DNA of 44,001 nt from IMG/VR virus record IMGVR_UViG_3300047290_000202, positions 1-44,001 of that record; one strand, written 5' to 3'. Source of the stretch: a virus (lineage: Duplodnaviria; Caudoviricetes). The notes under the pieces were generated by a model. It was given only the letters and a program-made list of their open reading frames with translations. It did no database searches and was not told where the DNA came from. Each line of letters starts with the position of its first letter. Positions within the stretch are counted from its first letter, which is position 1. This document shows, in pieces, positions 29,101 to 38,000 of the stretch. Both the position numbers and the translations under genes were made by a program.

Positions 29101-32100
29101 GCGCCGGTGATGGGATCATAGATCAGATCCCCAAATTCGCTCACGTTCTGCAGCAGGATCATGTGTTCATAGCTGACATAACGCAAGGAGATATAGTTCA
29201 ATATCTGTGGCGATGCGGGAGTGATCTGGATGGTGTTGGCCGATCGCAGCACATTGAGATTGCGTATGGGCAACTCGCTCTTGTTCTGATCTAGTAGTAT
29301 GTTCTCTGCGGTTTGAGCCCGGATGTTGTCTGCCACTGCCAGTTCCTTGGTCAATGACAGTTTCTGGGCTAGAGGATTGAGATTGATAATGGCATTTTCG
29401 TCCCAACCCTGCTGAGTCCAGTAAAGAAACTCCACCGCCATCTGGTTCCAATCCATGACGTAGCCGTTGTCCTGATTGGCAAAGGTAAATCCTTGGCTCT
29501 CCAAATGCTTGCCGTAGCTGAGCAGGAAATCCGCCACCTGGGCACGATCGCTAAAGACAAAACCATAGGGCACCTGGGTGGTGTTTCTGGTCCAGATCCT
29601 GGGTACCTGCACCGAAGCCCCGGCCACGCTGATGGTGCGTAGTTGGCCCACATACTGGCTGATCTGGATGGTGAAATAGGGTCTGAGGCTGCTGTAACCG
29701 GTCACGCTCCAACCACCTGAAACCTTTTGGATCAATACCGCACTGTAATCATCTACTTCAAAGGGCGTGTTCTTGTAAAGCACTAGATCATACCCAGTGT
29801 CGGGTATGAGAAAACTTTGATTGGTACTACCAGGTGAGCTCTTTTCAGTCAACAGTTGGATATAGGACTTGTCGCTGAAACTGGCCATGCGATAGTTCAA
29901 TCGCACCGTGAGATTTTTGAGATCGTCCTGCAGTCGGGTCGTGGTGTCGATACCCAGTATCTTGTTGTAATCTACGATCCAATTGATAAAGCTGGCTTTG
30001 CTGACACCGTTGCCGTATACTTGCACTCCGTTGGCATCCAGGCGATATCTATCGTTGTAAAGATATTGGTCATACTCAGAGCTGAAACGATAAAGATCTC
30101 GGTCCGCGAACAGGGCGAAAAATTGTGCAGGGCGGGTAATGGCCAGCATGCGCATGACCGCAAAGGGGTACATGCTGCTGTTCCACCAAGATGCTTCCAC
30201 GGGGCCACCGTCACCCAGTTTCCAATCACGTTCAAATGTTTGACTTTGGTAATTCCTCACCACGCTGTCCAAGGGCGGCAGCAGTTGGCCTTCTGACGCC
30301 GTGGGTATGACCGCAGCTAGGTCGGGTCTGGCGAACTGAGTCAGCACATAGCTGCCCGCAGGATCCCTGACCAGACCCTGGGCCAGATCGTCCCACAGCA
30401 CCATGTTACCGCTAGTATATGGTGCCTCACCATAGGTTAGATCCCACCAGCTGGGTTTGACACTGAAACCCAACATTTCCCAGGGGGTATATTGAGGCTG
30501 TTGGGTATCGTAAAAGTAGCGGTAGATGCCGCGCCAGGCGCCCAGCAGGTTTTGATTGTTCAGCTTGTTGGTAGCGTTGCTGTAATTGTAAGTGAACGCA
30601 TTGTCCGATTTATAGTCCTGTGTTTCATAGTTGAGTCGATTCCATGCCACGTAGCTGAGAAAGTCCGCGTCAAAAATACCCTGGATCTCGGCCCACGAGA
30701 ATCCAGTGCTGCGGAATTGCCCCGGCATCGAATCATACTGCGTGAGGGGCACCGGATTACCATCCATCTTGATGTTGTTGTAGATCCTGCGTTCAAACTC
30801 TAGCAGCACCTGGTCCCTAATATCGCCAAAAGTTTTGGTCACGCTACCGTCATGGCCTATGATCACGGTCTGGGTGCCGAACTGGCTGGGTATGAACTGC
30901 TGCCAATACAACTGATTGGTTAGGGCCACACCCGGGGGTACGTTCTGGACCGCACGATACCACTGACCTAGATCAGTCACAACTTGACCTTGGGGGAAAC
31001 TTTCCTGGCTGCTCCATGGCACACTGCCGATGCCCTGGCTGGTCTTCTCTATGGTGATCTCTGGCTCATAGGCCGGATATAGACCCATCTTGCTGGGCGT
31101 GTTGGGCACGAAACTGCCCGCAGTAGATGAGTACTCGCGTAGAGTCAATGTGTCGCCCACGGTCAGCGAGATCAGCAGAGTTATACGTGGACCATCTATG
31201 GCCACTTCATAGTCTCGACCGCGTACCAAGATACTGTCATTGAGGTAAACATTGAGACCTAGGAAATTGGCCGTGGTGTAGTTATAGGTCTGCAGGGTAT
31301 CAAAGGTATTGGTGGTCGTGAACGATATGGGATACACTGTTTCAGTATAGACCGCACCTGCAGGAATCATGTCCGACCAATAGAAAGGATTGATCTCTGT
31401 ACGCCCTTCTGTGATCATTTGCATGGCCTGATCCAACAGTTGGGCGGGAGTAGCGAAGTTCAGGGGAATCTGAGCCACTGCATCCAGCATGAGGTCTTTG
31501 AACTTGGTATACTCCCTGGCATTGTATATCAAGCTGTCAAATATGTTGTATTGATTGCTGCGCAGGAAGTACCCAGCCAACGTGAGAGGCGCACTCTGTT
31601 GCAACAATATGAGGCCATAACGTCCAATCGCGCCTAGATCTCGTGTGTTGTTGCTGCCGCTGATCTGGCCTCGGAAAGCCAGATTGTTTTCGCACATGGT
31701 CTGATAGTGCTGCCGGATGGTGCCCAGGCTAAGATCAGGGCTGTCTGCGTTGAGAGGATTGTTCTGCAGATTTATGGGAATCTGGTAAAATCCCGTGGGA
31801 CTGGTCTGATCACTCAGCACCAACACCTCTACCACGCTGTCAAGGGGAGTGGTTTGGGGCAGTGTGATCGTGGTTCGTCCATTGCTGACTGTGTAGCTGT
31901 AGGTATCGGGCAGCAAGAACACATTGTCCACGTAGACCTTGACGCTGGGTATCACTCCCACGCTGTTGGCCTCGATGTCTATCACGAGATCTTTAGCTTG
32001 ATAGGTAAAACGAAACTGCTGATACTGCTGGCTGGTAGTAACCGCGGGCAACCAACCTAGTCTACGGAGATACTGGGTGCGACTGGCATACTCCCTGACC

Positions 32101-35000
32101 GTGCCCGAGCTGATTGGCAGCGTGGTGCTGACATTGTTCACGGTGTAGATGAAACTGTCCACATAGAGATTGTTGTCAAAGATTATATCGCCCACGTTGG
32201 CGATGCTGCGATAGCTGAGTGGTAGTCCCAGTACCTTGTCGGCCACGCCGTCGGGGTTGATCTGATAGCTGAACAGTTTGGTACCCACAAAGTCACTAGA
32301 CGGATAGTAGGCTCGGTCACCAAAACTTATACCCCTGCTATCATAAACGTTGAACAATGGTGGCTGCTGTACCGACTGTTTGAGCTGGGCCTTGACCCAT
32401 ACCGTGCCGTCAAAGTAATAGGTGTAGCCAGCCACGCCGTTGACCACCGTGACTGCATTGGTGGTAACCGACTGACCATAGGGCACTGGACTGGACGCGG
32501 TGCCATGATTCAGTATCACGGTACTTTGATCTACTTTGACATCGCCGTCACTGGCCAAGGTCAGATGTATCACAGGTTGGCTGATCAGGGGCGGTATGGT
32601 GTCTGGTGTAATGAATTCTACCTGCCAGATCTTGTTGCGTACCGACGGGTCTTGGTCGTTGGCGAATATCACCCTGCTGCCATTCTCTAGGCTGTAACCG
32701 TATTGTGAGTAACTGGTCATGCCTTCGATGTTGCTGAAGGCGTCAGTTTCCACAAAATCTATTAGGTCCACAGGATTCAACCCCTGGGTGCCCATGTCAA
32801 AAAGTCGTAGACCCGGGCGGAACTGTATGATGGGTCTTAGGGCCTTGGCCGCTGGATCGATGGGATTGTCCAAGGTATTGTTGTACCTGGCGGTGGCTTC
32901 AAGCACATCGATATGAAACCATCTATTGCTGCGACTCCAGGCATTGCGATCCAAGGCCGAGCGATCTATAGTGATATAGTCGGGGTCAGCTGGTTCAGTG
33001 GCCACCGTGCTGTCATCGGCATCCTCGACGTAGAGCTCAGGTACTACGAAATCTGTCACAGGCAAAAGCTGTATAGCGGTGCCTACCCCGGCCACATAGT
33101 ATTCACTGTAGTTCACGGCCGTCAAGGTCATGTTGCCGCTCACGTTGGGCAGAGACACTTCAGACCCACCTAGGGTCTGGGCCAGTGTGAATTTCTGGAT
33201 GTTGATGATGTTGCGCACATAGTAGGTAGAATTGGTTGCCAACCCTCCTATGGTTTGGTCACCTGTGCGGATCTCTTGGCCCACGTATAGATCTTCCGTG
33301 GTATAAGTGGTCACACTGTTGTCCAGACTGGCAGTCTGGGTACAATCAAACGTGAATTGGCCGCTGGCATAACTGGCGGGCAGCACGTCGCCTTTGAACA
33401 CCACCTTGAGACCGTTGGTGAAAACCACTCCGTTGGGACTGGTGTAGTTGGGTTGGCCCACGATCTCGTTGATAAAAATGGTTGCCTGATCTTCGAGGTC
33501 CACCAACTTGATAGTGCCAAAAATGTTGGGGTCAGTACCGTCTTGGTAGTACAGCGTGTCCGACGTGGCTGTCAGCAAGGGTACCTGTGTCAGCTTGCCT
33601 GCAGGGGTCTTGTACCAAGTGGTGTTGCTATAGGTTGTGCCATACCGAATAGAAAATTTCTGCTCGGCTGGTATGTCTGCTACCTTGGCCAGATTGATAA
33701 ACTCCTGCAGACCCACTTGCACAAGACTGATACGCCACAGCTGGCGACTGTCTTGTATGGGCGTGATTCCAGGATTGGCCGCGATAAAGATCAGCTGCAG
33801 GCCATCCAGGCTGAGCACACCGTCAATGCCGCCGTACTGAGCGTTGAAGCTCAGTACCTCTTGACCCTGTATCTGATCATAGGTCAGTGTGGTGATGAGA
33901 TCCACATTGTTTGCGAACACCGGAAGATCATAAAAATACTGCTGAGCGGTCTTGCTGGGCACGTTGAATGTCACTGTGCCTAGATCTTCACCGTTGTTGC
34001 TCACCCCCAGGACCTGACGATTGCTAATATTGGGTGAAGTGGGTACTACACCCGCTACCCCAGGTGTGGTCTGGATCCAAAAGCCTGGTCCAGTACCGGG
34101 CGTGCCGTCTACGATGGTCAGCACACCACGCATGTTGGTATTGTTCTGAGCGGTGTAGTACAACGTGTCGGGTGCGTCTTGAGGCACCACGAAGGTGATT
34201 TGCCCGGTCACGCTGCCATTGCGACTGACTCCCGCGTTGTAGGCATCGTTGGCCCCCAGTGTCTGTGCTGTCTTGATCCAGAATGGATAGTCGCCGCGTA
34301 TGTTGAGTTCGAACACATAGGTATTGCCCCGGGCCAAAGTTAGCGTGGGGTTGGCAAAATTATCTATCACATAGGATGCTGCACCATCGTTTCGCACGCG
34401 ATAATTGACCGTTTCTTTGGCATTTTGCGTGACCGTGAAGGAATAGCTGCCGTTCCTCAGCAGATTGATAGTGGGGTTTTCGCCCGGTAATCCGCTAAAA
34501 GTGTATACACCATTGGCTCTGGTAACTTCATAGGTGTCAGTTATGGGTATGCCGCCATTGGTCACATCCACGGGAGCAGGACCAGCTGGTACCCAGTAGT
34601 ATTGGCTGTAGTTGACAAAGGCATCGTAGTCGCAGAAGCTGTCCCAGGTGTAGTAGTCACTGGTAAACAAGCGATCAGGTCTGCTGCTGTCGCCACCTTG
34701 CACCATCACCGCATCCAGGATTCCTGGATAGGTCATCACATCTTGCACCTTGGTAGTATCCGACGGGTCCAAGCTGACTATGGCTGGTTCCAGCTGATAG
34801 TCCTGACGTGTCTTGTCCAGCTCTACCACATAGCGATCGAGAGGATTGACACCTGGCCCCACTGTGCGCCCGATAAAGCCTTGAGTTTTTTTGAACTTGG
34901 GTTCCTGGGTCAAGGTATCCAGTGTAGCGGCCAAGAACTGACGGTTGGCGTCAGTCTGGAAAATCTGCGGCAGTAGGTCTACGGTTCTGGTGCGTGCCAT
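20127..35000 (-). CDS. Giant (4957 aa) multidomain baseplate wedge/fibre protein in the gp7-like position
   Basis: Follows gp6. N-terminal DLLPQIFQT..N..FL.ATLD; VKPYH motif; GGSGY..AP repeats; FG-GAP-like repeats; six CBM5/12-like modules; cupredoxin-like and Ig-like beta domains. Confidence 0.8.
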   Translation of the reverse strand: MARTRTVDLLPQIFQTDANRQFLAATLDTLTQEPKFKKTQGFIGRTVGPGVNPLDRYVVELDKTRQDYQLEPAIVSLDPSDTTKVQDVMTYPGILDAVMVQGGDSSRPDRLFTSDYYTWDSFCDYDAFVNYSQYYWVPAGPAPVDVTNGGIPITDTYEVTRANGVYTFSGLPGENPTINLLRNGSYSFTVTQNAKETVNYRVRNDGAASYVIDNFANPTLTLARGNTYVFELNIRGDYPFWIKTAQTLGANDAYNAGVSRNGSVTGQITFVVPQDAPDTLYYTAQNNTNMRGVLTIVDGTPGTGPGFWIQTTPGVAGVVPTSPNISNRQVLGVSNNGEDLGTVTFNVPSKTAQQYFYDLPVFANNVDLITTLTYDQIQGQEVLSFNAQYGGIDGVLSLDGLQLIFIAANPGITPIQDSRQLWRISLVQVGLQEFINLAKVADIPAEQKFSIRYGTTYSNTTWYKTPAGKLTQVPLLTATSDTLYYQDGTDPNIFGTIKLVDLEDQATIFINEIVGQPNYTSPNGVVFTNGLKVVFKGDVLPASYASGQFTFDCTQTASLDNSVTTYTTEDLYVGQEIRTGDQTIGGLATNSTYYVRNIINIQKFTLAQTLGGSEVSLPNVSGNMTLTAVNYSEYYVAGVGTAIQLLPVTDFVVPELYVEDADDSTVATEPADPDYITIDRSALDRNAWSRSNRWFHIDVLEATARYNNTLDNPIDPAAKALRPIIQFRPGLRLFDMGTQGLNPVDLIDFVETDAFSNIEGMTSYSQYGYSLENGSRVIFANDQDPSVRNKIWQVEFITPDTIPPLISQPVIHLTLASDGDVKVDQSTVILNHGTASSPVPYGQSVTTNAVTVVNGVAGYTYYFDGTVWVKAQLKQSVQQPPLFNVYDSRGISFGDRAYYPSSDFVGTKLFSYQINPDGVADKVLGLPLSYRSIANVGDIIFDNNLYVDSFIYTVNNVSTTLPISSGTVREYASRTQYLRRLGWLPAVTTSQQYQQFRFTYQAKDLVIDIEANSVGVIPSVKVYVDNVFLLPDTYSYTVSNGRTTITLPQTTPLDSVVEVLVLSDQTSPTGFYQIPINLQNNPLNADSPDLSLGTIRQHYQTMCENNLAFRGQISGSNNTRDLGAIGRYGLILLQQSAPLTLAGYFLRSNQYNIFDSLIYNAREYTKFKDLMLDAVAQIPLNFATPAQLLDQAMQMITEGRTEINPFYWSDMIPAGAVYTETVYPISFTTTNTFDTLQTYNYTTANFLGLNVYLNDSILVRGRDYEVAIDGPRITLLISLTVGDTLTLREYSSTAGSFVPNTPSKMGLYPAYEPEITIEKTSQGIGSVPWSSQESFPQGQVVTDLGQWYRAVQNVPPGVALTNQLYWQQFIPSQFGTQTVIIGHDGSVTKTFGDIRDQVLLEFERRIYNNIKMDGNPVPLTQYDSMPGQFRSTGFSWAEIQGIFDADFLSYVAWNRLNYETQDYKSDNAFTYNYSNATNKLNNQNLLGAWRGIYRYFYDTQQPQYTPWEMLGFSVKPSWWDLTYGEAPYTSGNMVLWDDLAQGLVRDPAGSYVLTQFARPDLAAVIPTASEGQLLPPLDSVVRNYQSQTFERDWKLGDGGPVEASWWNSSMYPFAVMRMLAITRPAQFFALFADRDLYRFSSEYDQYLYNDRYRLDANGVQVYGNGVSKASFINWIVDYNKILGIDTTTRLQDDLKNLTVRLNYRMASFSDKSYIQLLTEKSSPGSTNQSFLIPDTGYDLVLYKNTPFEVDDYSAVLIQKVSGGWSVTGYSSLRPYFTIQISQYVGQLRTISVAGASVQVPRIWTRNTTQVPYGFVFSDRAQVADFLLSYGKHLESQGFTFANQDNGYVMDWNQMAVEFLYWTQQGWDENAIINLNPLAQKLSLTKELAVADNIRAQTAENILLDQNKSELPIRNLNVLRSANTIQITPASPQILNYISLRYVSYEHMILLQNVSEFGDLIYDPITGARQSRLQLKCVNTTEWNGTIDAQGFILNQNNVETWTGLRSYSKGEIVKHKGAYWSANRIVQPSTVFNYNDWYQSDYEQIEKGLLPNLANKSDQLVTAYDINDANIESQEDLFSFGLIGFKPRQYLADLNLDDISQVNVYRQFLGSKGTKVATKLLRGVDLGKEAAQYEIYENWAVQRAIYGANANRSFIEIRLDAAKLTANPSIVQIVEPDQPSVADQTVLFNSLWRQSFRVSQPDVLPQTYDIPPDISLPTAGYVDLDDADITLFDITDSSSLSAVQDRIEVGTTIWAAKVNDYDWNIYRAENAPGVIEHVCDNLDGTSLVIFSQNHGLVKDQKIIIKNFDSAVNGVYSVLTVPAPNKVTIAFAFTDRRTVVNGTGLCFYLTTQRVAQLSDAVNLPYANSLLPGAIVWVDDDGDGRWAVYQKRDTLSPVTTLGPAQPDALEQYGQSVAQALNGAAALIGSPRYGFASGTEIGGVYCYTRAQTSAYQPVSPIPNQDTVITVDQTGVRGLGYSVTMGQLDWACAGAPSSLNGNGDPDGGYAAVIYRDVATYIPGTSPYVAWQLLTSPIDPSLGTGRFGQAVAMSLDQRWLYVSSPTDNEVHAYVQVPWQDQYVQTSGNGVTNIYDFGDAIQINNNNQISCTLNGAAQTLGVDYNISGFDTLTFVVPPASNDTIVIQRKKIDALTVNGSLQIDVGSNFFQTNLTGSSINSFSIIYDSGLGLQLMRPNIDYTFNTSTKLVTFTAATGFVGGEQVVVRAQGYYDYVTTFAAPAGELQFGHSLAVTTDGLQILVGAPDSTVDAEVEAGSVVVFDRDVQRFVVDTMTNTFTVLGATPNALQVGVTVNGRRLLPETSALVGADNTFSVSGNTVTVNTELNVGDFVDIETNQFQVLQTLSQNTVAEFSNFGQALDICDYNCSLYVGAPQSSVQIFKGGVAERWVNQSRVYGIISSTNTGVSLTAGQTLRVNLQDVAVPSSPNNTLAGLAAAINQQVPNVNATVADGIMTLVPVNNDSAPPGNKLQVLPGTLGTVFDDLGFEVFVHTQVITSPLPREFAAFGSAVNIDSSATELVIGAPKGNMYIPTVFDPNPDFDSGATLFFDATNQSGSVYVYNYLTAANQSAANPAKFILGQQVQVPELMALDGFGTVVNYTSGILMMGAPGFDYADSAGTNAGQVVVWQNANRAPSWQKIRSEQPTIDIRLLNSVFLYDLITGSSTEYLDFFNPLQGKLLGAVQQNIDYVASIDPAGYNTGAYSVRGNTWGSEHVGEVWWDTSTVRFIDPAQNDLVYEARRWGQLFPGSLVHVYQWIESTELPANYTGEGTPFDTTRYTISSRLTREGTFVNLYYYWVRGITMLGNNSTKTLPVETVARYIEDPKASGIAYLAPLNGSSLALYNCGDLLQASDTVIHVEFDRELNSDNVHVEYELVPEGRADGFLTGNLYRKLLDSFCGSDSAGNLVPDPYLSPAEKYGVQFRPRQSMFADRFAALKNYIVEANRILALYPITEMRNFVLLNSEDPLPSATANLSQGNPGWNAQVATIEILSYQNIDAVPLGYQYLVDTDSTQNGRWTIYQVQYDSIAAVRKLVLIKVQNYVTPDYWSYIDWVQPGYNATIKPQYTVANYADLVPLAADVGVSVKVTSNAAGKFEIYQKTVNGWNRVVLEDGTIKISATVYDYALAKFGFDVEVFDAQYFDEDNAIETRKILEAINQELLIDDLLIYRNNLLINSFNFVLKEFQAPQWLVKTSLIDVDHKIRQLIPYQNYTRDNQEFVLDYLQEVKPYHVQVREFNLTYTGDDMYQGDLTDFDLPAYYNTDLQVPRYTSPILTPYLHSSWQPFNTYSDASATNLIWQQWPYTQWFANYFLDLDSVTLVDGGSGYTEAPEVNIIGNAEVPAVAQAVINGEGSVIAINILSAGSGYTQQPTITLSGGNGSGARALANMTNDLIRHFRTTMKFDRYQYQTQIQTWETTGTYVNGTLVRYDNRVWRAANSDGSSANVGPTFNLEDWQLVNAADLSGVDRTMGFYVPGVDQPGLELPLLIDGTEYPGVQVWGDLFAPENRLPWSPEHSYDAQAIVSYNGLYYKARVPVPAGYPPPDPRYWQPYVTQLLNAVYESSFTDTYLGTRSTDINVNGGEFVGPYEGHAPQELVNGAEFDTLDLRVNTRPGSDWQMDGHGGQIGEWRWQYRLGIEESYDWGSLVEYPANITVSNLTTGQQMTNAPASSSWTNAQSWLQDDVVTYLGHYYLALQGVPVGIDITNNSYWTTITVDYETNWSDRTITVLANGSVADGDVIVVQVYEMGGGSQLYRNVYQGSQLSSGYFDVPVASAQIESIAVLINGQALAVPVTWTPYIASQPWNVTNSYVLHAVVSNGGNYYRALQSVPPGIDISDAAYWLAFVPTLLSRVAFDSSLIPASGDMVTVVVLGTSYTNADDLIRGRSYTIATVGSTDWTLVGAVSSAVGVTFTATGPGSGTGVASSSYSWSAPQVQQSGVDLTAYVNSAIPLQNYIGGSNTINMIVNRNGVRLTPPAAIEEVGNGTRISFGLPQRLGASFSQQIIQNSDVEVYVDDILQVQGVDYNVSPWFVGQANPPGRQVQFVQAPDTGSRVTVAVWTLADYFVAGNTLYLDSVPNKGDIIQVITFNDTSEQELLTQIFVGPIQIGNAVVEPYDSTPYDSGAITGDPGSFDYANVNVQYANNFVLDRDMWGDGSTFQGGRLWVTLDGTRLFEGDGFYMQGNEIVLPTGTIGSNQVLAVTMFTDSIVPEASAFRIFQDMRGVQATYRITPQTSTVLTQSMGQLDDVIYCQDVSGLSQPDPAVNVLGVVMIEGERIAYRERDLVANTLSGLYRGTAGTAATSHTASVAVENMGRGNLLYEQYQDYDVRDTATADGSTTVFYAPSLSLGDYGDSSTIWAESLLVFVGGIRQYQYGSPNTSQYPWILTDFDPLAVEFITDADPVSPILPPPAGVEVTIMQRRGTWWYDISTPATRRLALQETDNVPARFLTNR

Positions 35001-38000
35001 TAGATCACTCCACTACCGGGTGCTGTGCGAAGGTTTGTGCTGGTAAGCGCATCGATTATCTCTATGTTGTCTATGTTTGCCCCGTTGGCAAATATTTCAT
35101 TGGGTTGGCTGCGTATCTCGTAAAGATCACCAAAGGCCTTCTGAGGATCTAGCGGTACCAGCACCACGCTGCTTATGATCGTGCCAAGAGTCCTGTGCAG
35201 GTACGCTGCCAGTTCTGAGAAGTAAAAAGTGTCGCCAAAGTTCCATTTGTCTATGCTGAAATATTCGTTCATCTGGGCCAATACCGAGCTTTTGATCTCA
35301 GCGGCACTGGCCGTGGTGCCCTGGGCTGGGGTGACCTTGATGGTGCCTCGCAGCGTGGGCTGTGCTTTGGCCCCAAACAGGGGTTTGAATGTCACGGGGT
35401 TGAACACGATGTTGTCGCTCAACATCTTGTAGTCTTCTAGGCGTTGGTAGGCCGTGGTCAACTCGCTGATAGTGGGCTGTGCTGGTTCTACCACTGTGCC
35501 CGTGATATCGCGCAACCAGTTTTGATAGGCGTTGTAGTATTCTTTGGTCACCACATAGATGTCTATGATATTACTGGTACCAGGATCGATCCTGGCAGTG
35601 AGCGGCGCGTTATGCCTGTATTGGTAATACAGGGCCTGGCGTCCCACCCTTGCCACCCAGTTGGAGGTAGCGTTGACCTGGAGTTCTCCAGTGGCAGTCC
35701 GGATCAACTCATAAAATGCCTGTTCCGTCGTGGCGTAGAATACCTGTCCGGGTATCCATTCAGTCTTGGCCAACTCTATTTCGTCTAAAGTGGCGTAATC
35801 TGTGGTCACCCTGCCAGGTTCTGCCAATAGATAACGTTGGAGATTGTTGACATCAACTGTGCTTTCCAAGAATATCAACTTGTTGTTGGGATCCACTTGG
35901 GGTGCCACGATCTCTTGGAAGAAGTCAGGGTTGTCAGGAACCCCGTCGCTGTCGCTGTCTCGATAGCTGATCAGCACCTGAAAGTCGTCTACATAACCGT
36001 CGCTTTCCACTGGTTGGTCGATTATGGTCACGGGAATATCACCGGGCAGTGGTTGGTTGCTGTCGGGGCGAGTATTGACCGCTAGAACGTTGACGAAATC
36101 TCGTATGGTAGTGCCCGTACGACTGTCATAGATTTTTTGCGCCCCATAGAAAAAGAACCTGGTCTGCAACACCGAACCAAAGTAGTAGGCCAGACCCCGA
36201 AAAGTTATGGTATACTGACCATTGGCATACACGAACTGTATCAACCATGAAGCATCCTGGTTGGTACCCGAAGAATCACCCGCATAATCCTGGCTCCATG
36301 CTGCGTCAGCGTCTAGGTTGGCTGATGTGATCAGATACCAGGATCCAGCAGGTATGGTACCGCCTTGGGGCGTGGTTATGTCAGTGTTGGCATAGCCCAG
36401 ACCAAAGTCTCGGCTCAGTATGATCTGCTCGCTCATGGCCTGCTCAATGGCCAGTGGCAGATCCCCCACAAATATGGGTATGATGCTGTCTACTATGGCC
36501 CCGGTGGGCACAAAATTATTGATGGTAATGGGCCCCTGTCCATTGGCCAGATTGCCCACACCGCCGTTGCTGCCATTGCCCACTATCTCCATGGGGCTGG
36601 CCCAGATCTCAGTGTGATCTTCAGGTCGATTGGGCAAGCCCAACTTGAGTTTGTTGTTGGCGTCAAAATAGTAACCAGTAGGGGCCACGAACTTGATCAG
36701 GCTGCCTACCACGGCGTATCTAAAAGTGGTATCGGTATCCAGCCCAACCGAGATGGGATCACCTGCACTGTTTTCAAAATAACCCGTGGTCTCGGCGCCC
36801 AGCGTGGTACTTTGGTGCCACGTGCTACCGTAGGTACTGACCTGCAGATTGGCTGTCATGGTCAACCCCACCTGTGAGGTCAAGGTCTGCGGTGCGCCCG
36901 AAGGTGCCACACTCACGGTAAAAGTGCCGTTGACCGGATCTGTGCTTGTGATAAAATAAGGAAGATCCTGGATCAAACCAGTGCTGGCCACTCCACCGGT
37001 AAAGAATATCTTGAGACCAACTTGAGCATAGAGGAAAAACTGCTCTTGATAGGCTGCTGCCACGGTGATAGTGTTGCCCGTGCTGGTAGTGTCACTACAG
37101 ACCAGATCCAGCGTGCTCATGTTTTCACGCGGAAAGTTGGCATAGTAGAATTGCCGCATGGTGGGCTGGATCAGCTGAGGCTGCACCTGATTGGCGATCA
37201 CATCTGCTATTTCGTTCCTGTTGGTCCAGCTGAACAGTATGGTGGGCAGAATATTCTGTTCCCACATGCCTCCATCGCTACCAAAGGTGTTGGTACTGCT
37301 ATACTTGCCAGTGTTGTCCACTAGATCAAGATAACGGCTGGTACCAATGCTGGCCCGGTTGACCGCCTTGCTCTTGAGTATGCTGTTGTAGGCCGTGAAC
37401 GGGAACAGGTTGTAATCTTCGCCGTTGACCATCCTGTTCTGGGTATAGTAACGGGCCGGGGCTCGCTGTTTGATCTCTGCGATGCTTTCCCTGGTCTGGC
37501 TGTTGGCCACGGGCTTGGTAATACCGCAGGTAAAGGTCATGGTCTCCACATTGCCATTGCGGCTGATGTAGTTGATGTTGAGGACCACATTTTGCATTTC
37601 TTCGGGGTTGATGATATACTGAAGTCCGTTGCTGGCCCGCACGTAGCAACGGAACTGGCCCACGGGTATTTCGCTGAATACGCCATCGCCAAACACCAGA
37701 GTGATCTGGTCATTGGTACGACTGGTCACGGTGTAGATGGGACGTAGCTGTTGATTCTGTTCGGCCGCGGCGCTGTAGATATTTTCCACATACTGCCATT
37801 CTCGGCTGACCGTGCCCACATTGTCCAACTGGAACAACCAGCGATCTTCGTTGTTGACACCTTCGATGTTGATGTCAGTGGTGTTGTTGGCTATGCGCTC
37901 GGCCAAATTGAAATCTTGATTCTGTAGCACGCCCTGCTTGAACAGGAAAAAGAATCCGTTGTCCGCGCTGGCATAGCCCAGCTGATCATTGCGGTACATT

